NCBI GenBank assembly: GCA_963737065.1
Contig: CAVTRC010000001.1
Location: 1,472,001 to 1,536,000, forward strand
Source of the DNA: Candidatus Eremiobacteria bacterium
Lineage (GTDB): Bacteria > Vulcanimicrobiota > Vulcanimicrobiia > Vulcanimicrobiales > Vulcanimicrobiaceae
Direction: 5' to 3'
DNA length: 64,000 nucleotides
Part shown: one piece after another, positions 39,391 to 51,427 of the stretch
Numbering within the stretch: position 1 is the stretch's first letter
Layout of the letters: every line of letters starts with the position of its first letter
Made by a program: the position numbers and the translations under genes
The notes under the pieces: model-generated
What the model was told of the DNA's origin: nothing
What the model saw: the letters and a program-made list of their open reading frames with translations, nothing else
The model's database searches: none

Positions 39391-42300
39391 ATGCGCAAGC
39401 GAGCGGTTCTGGTCGTGGTAGCCGTATTGCTCGTCCTCGCGGCGGTCCTTTTCGCGCGCCGGCAAGAGGTGATGGCGGCGCTGCTTCCGCGTGCGATGTC
39501 GCTAGCGACGGGTTACGATGTTTCGATCGGCGATCAGCACATCGGGAAATCGCACGCAACGTTCATGCACGTGCACGTGAGCCGGAACGGTGAACCGGTG
39601 CTCGACGCGGCGCAAGTCGAAGTATCGTATGCGTTGCGCGATCTGCTTCCCGGCAGCTCGCATCGTTTCGGCGTCAACGCAATTTACATCGACCATCCGA
39701 CGTTGACGCTCGTTCGGCACAAAGACGGCAGCTACAATATCGCGTTTCCGGAGGCGCAGGCACCGGAGATTACGGCGCCGCACCGGCCGAACCGCGTTCC
39801 GATCGCGATGCGAATCACGATTCGCGACGGCTCGGGCGTCGTGCGCGCGCCGTACACGGTCGACCCGAACTCGCGCACGCTGGAAGTCACGGGAATCAAC
39901 CTCGACGCGAACGTCAACAGCGCGGCGCGCACGCACTACGTGCTGCGCGGCGCGTTCGTCGAACAGGCGCTCGAGCCGTTTCAACTGATCGGAACGGTCG
40001 ACATGAATCGCGGATACGCGCTGCACCACGCGTATGCGAAAGAAATTCCGATGCGCGCAATCGGCAACTATTTCATCAACTCCGATGCGGCGCGTCTGCT
40101 CGGCGGCACCGCCACCGATATGGACTTCAAAGCGTACGCGCTCGACGTCCAACCCGATCAACCGATCAACTACCACTTGGCGGGAGCGATCGACGTCAAC
40201 GACGTGCAGATGCAGGTTGTGGGGCTCGCGACGCCGCTGCAGCACATCGCCGGCCGTTTGCAAATGGTCGACGACACGTTTTTCTTCAATCGCCTCGGCG
40301 CGGACGTTTCCGGGACGGGCGTTGCGGTAAGCGGGGGAATCTACAACTTTGCGGCGCCCCAATACCGTCTGGGCATCGACGCGCACGGAAACCTGCAAAC
40401 GTTGCGCCGGATGTTCGCGTTCACGAAGGATCAGCCCATCGACGGTGCGGCGCACTTGCAAATCGAGGTGCAGGGCGATCTCGGCAATCCGGTCGTGCTT
40501 GCGCGCATGGATTCGCCGCGTGCCGTTTACAGTACGCTTCCGATGCGGGACCTGCACGTCAAGATTGCCTATCAAAACAACAGCGTGATGCTTGCGCCGC
40601 TCCAAGCGACGGTTAACGGCGCGCACGTCGCACTCCGTGGCATGATCGGGATCGGCAAGACGACCCACACGCAAGCCGCGCTGCACTTTGAAGGCGCTGC
40701 GCACACGCTCCCGTACTTCGGCGCACTGCTCGGTAACGAGCCGATCGTCGGCGACGTGATGCTCGACGGGCTCGACACGAAATTTCTCGGATACGGCGCG
40801 ATTCAATCGGCGCGCGATATCAATCGCATGGCCGCGGTCCTGCACGTCGATCGCGCCGGCATCATCGACGTCGGCCCCTTCTGGATCGATACCGAACGCG
40901 GACAGTTTGCCGCGGAATATCACTTGAACCGCCGGACGAACATGAGCGCGTTCTGGATCGATGCGCATCATCTCTCGCTCGACTCACCTTCGCTCGCCGG
41001 CGCATTCGGAAACCTGTTGCCGCCGATCCCGGAATTTGGCGGAACGGTCGATTCATTTTCGCTCGAAGGCGGCGGACCGAGCGGCTTACACGCGCTCGTT
41101 GCCGGTTCGATGAACGGACGCGCGTTGCACATCGCAGGCGTCGGAATCGACGAGGTGCACGCGCAATTCAGCGGCACGCTGCGCGATGCGGCGATCCAAC
41201 CGTTGCACGCGCGCGGCCCGTGGGGGACGATCGACGGGAGCGGCGCACTCTCACTTGCATCGATTGCCGTGCAAGGGATGTACCACGGCACATTGCAGGC
41301 ATTACGCCCGTATCTGCAAGATCCGACCGCGACCGGCACCGTCGACGGTCCCGCGGCAATCGCGATCGCGGGCCGGCGCATTATCGTGCAAGCCGATGGG
41401 CTGACGCTGCGCAATGCAACGATTCATGGGCTTCCGCTCGAAGCGGTGCGCGGAACGCTCTCGATCGACAACGGCGCGCTCAACGTGCTCTCGGCGCATG
41501 CGCGCATTGCGGGCGGCGACGTCGTCGCGGCGGGACGGTTCGATCGCGGTATCACGCTCGTCGCGAGTCGCGCGCACGGCAGCGCCTTGCGCGGGCTCGG
41601 GCTACCGCTCGACGCCGGCTTCGTGAGCGCGACCGGCACGCTCATGCAAGGTGCAAGAATCCCATCGTTTAGCGGCGGCGTCGCAATCGCGCACGGGAAG
41701 ATGCAGCAGTTCGGCATCGACGGGACGGCACTGATCGCGCTGCACAACGATGCCGTCCATCTCGATCACGTCATCGGCGCGCTCGACGGAATGTATACGA
41801 TCGCATCGGGCGATCTCACGCAACTGACGTCGGGCTCGCCGGCATATGCCGTGCACGCCGCCGTGCCGGCCGCGGATATCGGAAACGTCATTCACATGCT
41901 CGCGTTGCCGTCGCTCGTTCCGGTCGACGGAACGTACAGCGCATCGGTCGACGTCGGCGGCCGCGGATTGTTTCCGACGGTGAACGGCCCGGTCAGCGTG
42001 GGTGCCGGCTCGGTGAACGGACTGCCGTTTACCGACGCGCATGCGCTCGTGACGGCGAGCCGCAACGGCGCACGCGCGCGGCGCGGGTCGGTGCAAGTCG
42101 CGTCGACGCACGTGACGTTCGCGGCCGCGAAAAATGCAACGATTCCCGGCGTCGCGGGCAATGCCCCGATCACCGGCGTGCACGTCGTCGCACCCCACGC
42201 GGACTTGGAAGATTTCAACAACTTCTTCGATACCGGCGATACGCTCGACGGAAGCGGCTCCGTTCGATTCGATCTCGTCTCGCAGACGCAGCGTATCAAG

Positions 42301-44623
42301 AGCAACGGGAATATCAACGTTGCCGGGTTTGCGTTACCGCAACTTCGCGATCGGCGATACGCGCGCGGTTTGGGCTAGTTCGCACAATCTGATGAAAGGT
42401 TCGCTCGTGGTGGGCGGCGCGCAAGGCGTGATGCGCGTCAACGGCTCCATCGGCTTCACGCCGTCGTCATCGTGGTTGCACGTGTTGCGCGATTCGCGGT
42501 ACAACGTGTCGATCGACGTGGACGATCTCAACCCCTCGACGTGGCTCGGCGCTTTCGGATTCGGACAAATTCCGATGAGCGGACGGCTCGACGCGGATGC
42601 GAGAATCGAAGGGCGTTATCCGCGCTTGCACGTGAACGGCACGTCGTCGCTGAACGGCGGCAGCATCGGTCCGTTGCCGATCGAGGGCGCGGACTTGGCG
42701 TTTTCGTCGCTCGGCGATCGGCTGCGCATCGATTCGGCGAGCATGGTCACGTCGGGACTGACCGCAACGGCAAGCGGATCGTTCGGACTTGCGGCGACCG
42801 ATCCGATCGACGTCGACGTGTATTTAAATTCGAACGACATGCCGCGGCTGATCGACCAAATCTGGCGCAGAACGGTGCAGCTGCAAGGCGTCTATGAATC
42901 GACGATCAGCGTGCGCGGCACGCCGCGAAACCCGCAATTCGCAGCCGGGTTCGATGCAACAAACGCGGTCGTGTACGGCGTGAAAATTCCGTCGATCTTC
43001 GGATCGCTTCGATGGAATCTCAAGACGAAGACAATTCAGCTCAGTAACGCGGGCGCGCAGTTCGAACACGGCGAGATTTCACTCGCGGGATCGCTTCCGC
43101 TCACCCTGCGTCCGTTCGGCGCCGGACCGCCGCGCGCACCGATCGATCTCGATCTCGCCGTAACGGCGCTCGATCCGTCGACGTTTCAAACCTTGTTGGG
43201 AAATAACACGCAACTCGGTGGGACGATTGACGGCCAGCTTTCGGTGGCGGGGTCGGTCGGTACGCCGCGCGTCTACGGCCGTTTCTCGCTCGCAAAGGGA
43301 AGCTACGTCAGCGACCTCGAGCGCAAGCCGATCAAGAACGCAAACGCGACGCTGACGTTCGATCGCACGCAAGCGACGGTGCAGCACGTCTCGGCCGACT
43401 TCGGCGCGGGCAGTATCGCGGCATCGGGACACGTCGCGTTCGCGACGGGTTCGGGCAACACGTCGTATCGCGTCGAAGCGACCGCGAGGAACGCGCAGCT
43501 CGATATCCCGGCGCTTGGAAGCGGCGCCGTGGACGGACGCATCGCCCTGAACCGCACGGCGAATGAGTTGGCCCGCGTGAGCGGCGATCTCACGCTCCAT
43601 GACGCGGCGATTCCGTTCGCCGCGTTCCTTGCGGCGACGCAAGGCGGCAACGACGGCGGCGGTGGACCGGCGTTCCCGTTCGACCTCGGCTTTAATATGA
43701 AGCTCGCGGTCGGCAAAAACGTCCGCGTCCGCGGTTCGGGCTATGGCGCGGGGCTCGATATCGGCGCGGCGGGATCGGTGAATCTCGCCGGCACGCTGAC
43801 GTCCCCGACGCTCGACGGCCAATTTCGCGGGACGGGCGGAACGCTGACCTATTTCGACCGCGCGTTCCGGCTAACGGATGCCGTCGTGACCTTCACGCCC
43901 TCGCAAGGCATCATTCCGACGCTGCACGCGCAAGGCGTCACGCACGTAACGAATCCCGATCCCCGCGTGCTGGCGCATTCGACCGATGTCACGATCAACG
44001 TCAACGGACCGATCAACGGACTGAAGATTGCCTTCTCTACGAACCCGCCGGGGTACACGAACGAACAAATTCTCGCGATGATCGCACCCTTCAGCGGGCT
44101 CGTCGGCGGCACGAACTACATTCCGACCGGCTCGAACAATCCGACGATCAACGGCGTCACGCCGCAAGGCGCGCTCAACGTCGTGCCCGGCGCGCAGCCG
44201 ATCGGACAACCGTCGTCGGCGATCAGCGTCGGACAGGAAGCGTTCAATATTCTCAACGCGCAGTTTAGCGCGGGTGTGCTTTCGCCGGTCGAGAGCGCGC
44301 TCTCGCAAGGGCTCGGTTTCCAGAACTTCGACGTAAACGTGGACTACTACGGAAACGTCGGCTTTTCGGCGACCCGTCTTCTCGGCAAGACGGTGAACTT
44401 CATATACTCTCAAACGTTCGGCACGCCGTCGCTCTATTCGGCCGGCTTGCAGTTCGTCGGGCCATCGGATACGAGCGCGCAGCTGTCGTTTTTCTGGTCC
44501 ACCGGCCCGCAAGTATTGTTTAAAACGCCCGCCGGTATCTCGACGTCGACGCATCTCTCGGTCGGCCAGCCGCTCCAAGGGCAGAGTGGTTTTGCCTTTA
44601 ACTTGCAACGGCTCTATTGGTGA
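39391..44623 (+). CDS. tamB: TamB/AsmA-like protein, about 1,743 aa once one extra T at 42328-42330 is removed
   Basis: N-terminal TM, continuous beta-strand repeats and a DUF490-like C-terminus; ORFs 39391..42378 and 42134..44623 join as NINVAG|LRYRNF; upstream of bamA. Confidence 0.82.
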
Positions 44624-44771
44624 TTTCCACAGCTTCTATGGAAGGCAAGGACCGTCGCCCGCTACCGCGAACCTCGGGCCGGAACTCTGAAAGCCGATGC
44701 GCGTGCTTCCCGCGCGTCGCCTCGCTGACGCCCATCAGGGCTTTCGCCCGTATAGAGGACAACGTTTTCGC

Positions 44772-47030
44772 ATGACCTTAGACCTCCGGCGTGCCGTGCT
44801 CGCCCTCGTTGTCGTGTTGACGCTCGTCTCGCCGCTCGCGGCGTTTTCGGCGTCGGCTCCGGCTGCGCCGAAGATCGTCTCCGTCGATATCACGGGCAAC
44901 GCGCACGTTCCGACCGCGGCCATTATGCAAGTCGTGCAGGCGCGTCCCGGTGAGGTCTACGATCCGCGTATCGTGCAGCAAGATCTTGCGAACATCAATG
45001 CGCTCGGCTATTTCGCCGACGTCGCGCCGCCGCTCGTGCGCGCGCGTCCCGGCGGCGTCGCCATCACGTATCGCGTCATCGAAAATCCCGTCATCAGCAA
45101 GATCAGTTTCGTCGGCAATCAGAAGGTGCCGAACGATACGCTTCTCGCGCTGATGGATCTTTCCGTCGGTCAGGTGTTCAACACGAACACGTTTCGTCAG
45201 GACGTGCTGAAGATCAACAATTACTACGAGCGCATCGGCTACGGCGGCCAAGTCCCCTCGCACGTCAAGGACATCAATCTCGACCCGAAGACCGGTGCAT
45301 TGGCGCTGACGATTCAAGAAGGTTTGATCGTCAAGAACATCATCATCGGCGGCGACCCGGTGCTTCCCCCGAGCGTCATCATCCCGCAACTGACGCTCAA
45401 ACCGGGAATGGTGTATTCCGACGAGATCCGGCAAAAAGACGCCCAGGCGTTGCGCAAGTTCTACGAAGACAAGTTCAAAGTGGAGCTGGGGAACTTTGAA
45501 GGCGGCATCGATCCCGCCACGATCGATGAGAAAGCCGGCACCGCGGACGTGAAATACAACGTCTACGTCGCGCGCGTCGCGGCGGTCCAGATTACCGGGA
45601 ACACGCGAACGAAGGACCAAGTGATCCGCCGCGAATTGCGCGTGCGCCCCGGCATGGTCGTGAACACCGACTGGATCAAGAGCGATTACGAACGCTTGCA
45701 GGCGACCGGATATTTTTCAAAGGTCAATCCGGATATTAAAGAAGGCCCGGATCCGAAGAAGCCGCAGGACGTCACGCTCGTGTGGGAAGTCAGCGAACAG
45801 CGGACGGCATCGGCGAACATCGGCTTCGGATACTCGGGCGGTATCACCGGCCAAGGCTTGTACGGAACGCTCGGATACCAAGACACGAACCTGCACGGCA
45901 CCGGCAACTCGGCGTCGGTGCAATTCCAGCGCGGCTCGCGCACGTATCTCGGACAGATCGGCGTAACGGTTCCCTACGTCGGCAACACGCCGCAATCGCA
46001 GCGCTATTCGCTCAGCGTCAACGTCTTCGACAACGGATCAACGTATTATTATCCGGTCTACTCGGCGACGAGCTCGACGATTGTTGCGCCGGCGCCCGTC
46101 GTCGGTGCGACGCAGCCGCCGATTCCCGTTACGCTCTATCCGAGCACGTCGTCCTCGCTCATCGGCGGCGTCGTCTCGACCAGCTACTCGGCATCGCTCG
46201 GTGGTTCGGTTTCAGTCGGACGTCGCTTGAGCGACTACGTGACCGCGTCGATTACGCCGACGCTCGAAAAAGTGAAGTACGATACGTCGGTTCCGTCGCC
46301 GTACTACTTCCAAGGGTCGCAGCCGAACGTGCTCGCCGGCCCGACGCCGAATCCGCTCAACTCGAATATCGCGAACATCAACGGCTCGTTCGGTATCGCG
46401 GCAACGTCGATCGCAAACGTGAACACCGGGTTGCCGTACCAGTTGAACTACTTAACGTTTGGCCTCGGCACGTCGCCGATCACGATGGACGACCCGTACA
46501 ATCCGCGGCGCGGCTGGCGCGCGAATCTTTCCGAAACCGTCTCGGTTCCGGGATTAGGCTCGAGCTTCAACTACACGGCGACGCAGCTCGATCTCGCGCG
46601 GTTCTTACCGGTGCTCAAATCGGCCACGCTCGGTCTGCACTTGCAGCCGCAGACGACGACCGGCGTGATCCCGCCCAGCCAGCTCTACACGTTCTCCGAT
46701 CAGCAGATGCGCGGCTACAACACGGTCTTTTACGCGACCGATGCGGCGCTCGGACAGATCGAATTGCGCCAACCGCTCACGTCGGACCGGAAGTTGGTAC
46801 TGGCGCTCTTTGCCGATGGGTTGGAGTATCGCATTCGCGGTGCGTATCCGCTGCTCGATCCGTACACGAACCGCATCACGGGATATCCGGGGAACTGGGC
46901 AACCGTCGGTGACATCGGCGCCGGTTTACGATTCGACATTCCGCAACTCAATCTGCGCACCGTGCGCATCGACTTTGCCAAGGGCGCCAACGGCACGCAT
47001 ATGAGCTTCGGCATCGGCCAAAGCTTTTAG
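44772..47030 (+). CDS. bamA: BamA/Omp85 family outer membrane assembly factor
   Basis: Signal peptide, POTRA repeats (ITGN, FVGN, ITGNTRTKDQVIRRE), DTNLHGTG, MRGY and C-terminal FGIGQSF. Confidence 0.9.
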   Translation: MTLDLRRAVLALVVVLTLVSPLAAFSASAPAAPKIVSVDITGNAHVPTAAIMQVVQARPGEVYDPRIVQQDLANINALGYFADVAPPLVRARPGGVAITYRVIENPVISKISFVGNQKVPNDTLLALMDLSVGQVFNTNTFRQDVLKINNYYERIGYGGQVPSHVKDINLDPKTGALALTIQEGLIVKNIIIGGDPVLPPSVIIPQLTLKPGMVYSDEIRQKDAQALRKFYEDKFKVELGNFEGGIDPATIDEKAGTADVKYNVYVARVAAVQITGNTRTKDQVIRRELRVRPGMVVNTDWIKSDYERLQATGYFSKVNPDIKEGPDPKKPQDVTLVWEVSEQRTASANIGFGYSGGITGQGLYGTLGYQDTNLHGTGNSASVQFQRGSRTYLGQIGVTVPYVGNTPQSQRYSLSVNVFDNGSTYYYPVYSATSSTIVAPAPVVGATQPPIPVTLYPSTSSSLIGGVVSTSYSASLGGSVSVGRRLSDYVTASITPTLEKVKYDTSVPSPYYFQGSQPNVLAGPTPNPLNSNIANINGSFGIAATSIANVNTGLPYQLNYLTFGLGTSPITMDDPYNPRRGWRANLSETVSVPGLGSSFNYTATQLDLARFLPVLKSATLGLHLQPQTTTGVIPPSQLYTFSDQQMRGYNTVFYATDAALGQIELRQPLTSDRKLVLALFADGLEYRIRGAYPLLDPYTNRITGYPGNWATVGDIGAGLRFDIPQLNLRTVRIDFAKGANGTHMSFGIGQSF

Positions 47031-47050
47031 CGTTCTTGAAGTAAGGAACA

Positions 47051-47854
47051 ATGAAGAAACGGCTCATCTCATCTCTCGTTGCTACGGCGATGCTTGCGGC
47101 GGCTATTGCGCCGGCCGCGATCGCCGCCGACTTGACCGATGTCGGCTATATCGATCAGACCGCGCTCGGCAGTCTGCCGCAGTTCGCGGCGGCGAACGCG
47201 CAACTCGCGCAGTATAAAGCCGGGCTCGACCGTCAGTTTGCATCGGCCATGAAATCGGCGCGAACGGATGCCGACAAGCAGAGCATCACGATGCGATTCC
47301 AACAACAATTGCAGGACAAGCAACGCGAGCTCGTCGGGCCGCTGTACCAGCGCGCGCAGCTTGCGCTCGCGTCGGTTGCATCGAAACGCAACCTCTCGAT
47401 CGTCGTCGACAAACGGATCATCGTGTACGGCGGGCAAGACGTCACGAGCGACGTCATCAGCGCGATCCGTAGTCCGCAGGCGCTCAATGCGCCGAGCGCG
47501 TCGCCGCCACCGTCGGAAATCGGCTTCGTCGATCAGTCGGCGCTCGACAATTCGACGAAGGTTCAAGACGCGAACAAACAGCTTCAGCAGTACATGGACC
47601 AACAGCGTCCATCGTTCCAGACGAAGCTCAGAGATGCGAAGACCGACGCGGAAAAGAACGACGTTGCCTCACAGTTCGATAAGCTGGTCGCCGACAAACG
47701 GGACCAGCTCCTCAAGCCGCTCGTGAATCAAACCAAAGACGCCACGGCATCCGTTGCGAAGCAAAAGAACCTGCTGCTCGTCATCGATCGCGGCGACGTG
47801 ATCTACGGAGGCACGGACATCACCCAAGATGTCCAGAATTCGCTCAACAAATAG
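47051..47854 (+). CDS. OmpH/Skp family chaperone with two tandem domains
   Basis: Two repeats: VGYIDQ...VYGGQDVTSDV and IGFVDQ...IYGGTDITQDV. Confidence 0.85.
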   Translation: MKKRLISSLVATAMLAAAIAPAAIAADLTDVGYIDQTALGSLPQFAAANAQLAQYKAGLDRQFASAMKSARTDADKQSITMRFQQQLQDKQRELVGPLYQRAQLALASVASKRNLSIVVDKRIIVYGGQDVTSDVISAIRSPQALNAPSASPPPSEIGFVDQSALDNSTKVQDANKQLQQYMDQQRPSFQTKLRDAKTDAEKNDVASQFDKLVADKRDQLLKPLVNQTKDATASVAKQKNLLLVIDRGDVIYGGTDITQDVQNSLNK

Positions 47855-49178
47855 CAGACTTTATCTGTCAAAGATAAACCTTTGCCAGCTAAAGTCGGCG
47901 ACCTCGCGGTCGCTGGTGATCCTCGCGCTAGCCATGTCGGTCGTCGGCTGTTCGCGCGTTGACGTGCACTCGAGCACCGTGCGCGGCGTGGCGTACGTTC
48001 GCATCGACGACGTGATCAAGCACCACCCGCTCTACCCGCAAGTGCAACAGCTTGAGGACGCGGTAACCGCGATCAACCTCGAATCGACGATGCCGCGCGC
48101 GCCGCTTTCGCCACAGGAGATCGCGCAGCAGACCGAGTTGCTCAACAAGCAGCTCAAGGACGCGCAAAACCGCGCGAACGCGGCGATTCAACAGAAGCAG
48201 CGCCAATACAGCGAGCAGGAACGCCAAGCCGATATCGCGGCGCTCAAAGCGGCGAACATCGATCCGCGCGCGGCAGGGCTCGGCGAGCAAATGAACGCGA
48301 CCTCGCAGCAGCAGGCCCAAGCAGCGGCGAATGCTGCGCAGCAAGATTATCAACAGTATCAGCAGAGCGTCGTCGCGCAGGACAACACGGCGGTGACATC
48401 GGTCGCGCAGCAACTCAACAAAGAGGCAGATCAAAAATTCCGCGCGCGCGCCGAGCAGTATCAGCAGCAAGAGACGGATCTGTCACTGCGCCTCGCACAG
48501 CAAGACGCGACGCAACGCCTGGCACTGAAGACCAAAGCGAACAACATCGCGATGGACGCGACGCAACGCAAAGCGGTCGGCGATCAACTTGCGGCACTCG
48601 ACAAGAAAGAGGCGGACCAAGTCGCGGCATTGCGCGCGCAGCACCAGCAGGCTCTCGCTGCGTATCAAAAACAACTGCGCGCTGAAACGACCGCCGCGAT
48701 TCAAAAGCAAGCCGGAGCGATCCGCAGCCAGACGCAAGCGAAGCTTTCGGCGCGCCAGCAGCAAGTCGGTGCCCAATTGCGCGGACTCAACGCCGCGCCC
48801 GTTCCGCAGCAGAGCATTCCGCCCGACGTGCAGCAGCAGCTCGCGAAAATCCATCAGCAGTTCGGGGCGAAGTTCCAGGCCGACGCGCAAGCGACCGTTG
48901 CGCAATACAACGCCACGAAGAGCGATCTCGACAAGCAGTTTGCGGCGCTCCACGGCGAAGACGTCGGAGCGACCGGCGCGGCCGCAAAACAACTGAGCGA
49001 CCTGCAGAAGCGCCACGACGACCTTCTCGCCCAAATTCAGTCCCAGATCCAACGCGAAGCCGATCGAATCGCGAAGGATGACGGGTTCACGGTCGTCTTT
49101 GACAATGTCCAAGCCGCGAACGGCGGCTACGATCTCACCAACGATCTCATCCGCGACGTCGAAAGTCTACACGAGTGA
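47829..49178 (+). CDS. Extended Gln-rich coiled-coil OmpH/Skp-like probable lipoprotein (start uncertain)
   Basis: Lipobox-like VVGC; VAYVRID.V...HP at the N-terminus and GFTVVFD...GGYDLTND at the C-terminus. Confidence 0.72.
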   Translation: MSRIRSTNSRLYLSKINLCQLKSATSRSLVILALAMSVVGCSRVDVHSSTVRGVAYVRIDDVIKHHPLYPQVQQLEDAVTAINLESTMPRAPLSPQEIAQQTELLNKQLKDAQNRANAAIQQKQRQYSEQERQADIAALKAANIDPRAAGLGEQMNATSQQQAQAAANAAQQDYQQYQQSVVAQDNTAVTSVAQQLNKEADQKFRARAEQYQQQETDLSLRLAQQDATQRLALKTKANNIAMDATQRKAVGDQLAALDKKEADQVAALRAQHQQALAAYQKQLRAETTAAIQKQAGAIRSQTQAKLSARQQQVGAQLRGLNAAPVPQQSIPPDVQQQLAKIHQQFGAKFQADAQATVAQYNATKSDLDKQFAALHGEDVGATGAAAKQLSDLQKRHDDLLAQIQSQIQREADRIAKDDGFTVVFDNVQAANGGYDLTNDLIRDVESLHE

Positions 49179-49576
49179 AAAATAAACTGATTCTTACCGC
49201 CCTTGCCGCGGCGTTGCTCGCCGGCTGCGGCAACAGTAGCCCCGTCGGCCTCATCGATATCGGCCGCATCGTGGCCAATTGGAAAACGTATCAGCTGAAC
49301 CAGCAGCAGCTCATGATCGACGAGCAGAAGATCGTGCAAAGCCGCGCATCGAACGCGCAGAAGCAACGCGAAGCGATGGTGCTGCAGAAGAAGTACGCCG
49401 GGATCACCGACGATCTCACCAAGCAGATTCGCGAAGCGGCGCAGAAAGTTGCGTCGCAGAAAAATCTGAAGATCGTCGTGACCAAACAGGGCGTCGGTTA
49501 CGGCGGGGTCGACATCACGGCTGATGTCGAGAAGGTCATGAACATCACGGAAGCGAGCGCGTCACCGAACCCGTAG
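49175..49576 (+). CDS. Short OmpH/Skp-like lipoprotein
   Basis: Lipobox LAGC; VGLID...VGYGGVDITADV. Confidence 0.8.
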   Translation: MKNKLILTALAAALLAGCGNSSPVGLIDIGRIVANWKTYQLNQQQLMIDEQKIVQSRASNAQKQREAMVLQKKYAGITDDLTKQIREAAQKVASQKNLKIVVTKQGVGYGGVDITADVEKVMNITEASASPNP

Positions 49577-49587
49577 GACGACGGAGC

Positions 49588-50616
49588 ATGCTGGGGACGC
49601 TCGCGGATCTGCAAGCGAAAGTCGGGGGGCGCGTTGTCGGCGACGGCTCCGTTACGATTGCACGCGTGTCGTCGGTCGATGAAGCGACGAACGACGCGCT
49701 GACGTTTGCGACCGAGGAGAAGTATCTTGCCGCTGCATTCGCGAGCCCGGCGGCGGCGGTATTGGTCGACGATAGCGTTCCGATGGGCGGCGAACCACCG
49801 CCGAAACCGGTGCTGATCGTCGAGAACGCGCGCGCGGCGCTTGCAACGTTTCTTGCGGCGCTCAAACGCCCGCGCCCGCGCGGACCGTTCCGTCATCCGA
49901 GTGCGATCGTCGAAGAGGGCGCGACGCTCGGCGACGACGTCTATCTCGGTGCAAATGCGTACGTGGGAAGCGGCGCGCACGTCGGCGATCGTTCGACGAT
50001 CGGCGTCGGCGCGTATGTCGGCGCCGACGTGCGAATCGGTGAAGATACGTGGCTGCATCCGCACGCGGTCGTGCATGAAGGCTGCGCGATCGGCAGTCGG
50101 GTAGTGTTGCATACCGGCAGCGTGATCGGCAGCGAAGGCTTTGGCTGGGCGTTCATCGAGGGGCGCTTGGAGCGCATCCCGCAAGTCGGCAACGTAGTGC
50201 TCGACGATGAAGTCGAAATCGGCGCCAATACGTGCGTCGATCGCGCGCAAACCGGAAGCACGCAGATTGGACGCGGCACGAAGATCGATAACTTGGTGCA
50301 GATCGGGCACAACTCGCGCATCGGCATGCACTGCGCGATCGCCGCGCAAACCGGCTTTGCAGGTTCGACGAGCGTCGGAGACTTCGTGAAGATCGCGGGG
50401 CAAGTCGGCACGCGCGGACATATGCACATCGGCTCACGTTCGACGGTTGCCGGACAATCGGGCGTGTGGGGCGACGTCGATGAAGGCGCAATGATTTCGG
50501 GCAATCCCGCGCGCGATCATCGCGAGTGGATGAAAGCGGAGGTCATGATTCGCAGGCTGCCAAAGCTCGTCGCTCGTGTCGACAAGTTGGAGCGCGAGCG
50601 CGAGCACGAAGAATAG
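49588..50616 (+). CDS. lpxD: UDP-3-O-acylglucosamine N-acyltransferase
   Basis: Hexapeptide repeats; IGSEGFG, EIGANTCVDR and KIDNLVQIGHN motifs. Confidence 0.96.
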   Translation: MLGTLADLQAKVGGRVVGDGSVTIARVSSVDEATNDALTFATEEKYLAAAFASPAAAVLVDDSVPMGGEPPPKPVLIVENARAALATFLAALKRPRPRGPFRHPSAIVEEGATLGDDVYLGANAYVGSGAHVGDRSTIGVGAYVGADVRIGEDTWLHPHAVVHEGCAIGSRVVLHTGSVIGSEGFGWAFIEGRLERIPQVGNVVLDDEVEIGANTCVDRAQTGSTQIGRGTKIDNLVQIGHNSRIGMHCAIAAQTGFAGSTSVGDFVKIAGQVGTRGHMHIGSRSTVAGQSGVWGDVDEGAMISGNPARDHREWMKAEVMIRRLPKLVARVDKLEREREHEE

Positions 50617-50621
50617 CCGGA

Positions 50622-51427
50622 ATGAACGCCGCAACGCTGCGCGAGCCCTTACGTTTCGAGGGTGTCGGATTACATACCGGAACGCGTGCGACGATGCAAG
50701 TTCAGCCGGCGCAACCCGGCACCGGCTACGTGTTCGTTCGCGGCGAGACGCGTATCCCGCAACCGCGGAACATGCGAACGAATCGCCTCTAGCGACCGTC
50801 ATCGCGCATGAAGGGACCAGCATCTCGACGATCGAGCACATTCTCTCCGCGCTCGTCGCGATGGGCGTTAGCGACGCGGAAATCACGATCGAGGGAGACG
50901 AGATTCCGATTCTCGACGGCAGCGCGAAGATCTACGCGGATGCGATCGCGGAGACCGGACTCCGCACGTCCTCGCAAGCGCGTCCGGTGTTTGCTCCGGC
51001 ACAGCCGTTCGAAATTCGTAACGGCGAGAAAGCCGTCGTCGTTCTTCCCGCCGATGCGTTCCGCGTGCGCTTCGTCGGCGAGTACGGCGCGCCGATCGGC
51101 ACGCACTATTACGATGCGATCATCACGCCTGAACGATACCGGACCGACATCGCGCCCGCACGTACGTTCGCGTTTCTGCGCGACGTGGAAGCGATGCGCG
51201 CGCAAGGTTTGGCGCGCGGCGGCAGCTTGGATAACGCGCTGGTCTATGACGAGGAAGGGCCGATGCAGCCGTTGCAATGGCCGAATGAGGCCGTGCGACA
51301 CAAGGTGCTCGACCTGATCGGAGATTTCGCGCTGCTCGGCGCCTATCCCCAATGCGAAGTAATCGCAATCAAAAGCGGACACGCGCTGCATACGCGCTTG
51401 ACGCGTGAATTGAGGAAACGTGCCTGA
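50622..51427 (+). CDS. lpxC: UDP-3-O-acyl-GlcNAc deacetylase, about 268 aa; one base missing near 50756-50759
   Basis: GVGLHTG in one frame; TIEHILSAL, IAPARTF, HKVLDLIGD and KSGH in the other. Confidence 0.92.

Noticed and set aside
42134..42378. tamB as two genes or a programmed frameshift
   Set aside because: The second ORF has no export signal, one base restores continuity, and no slippery motif is present
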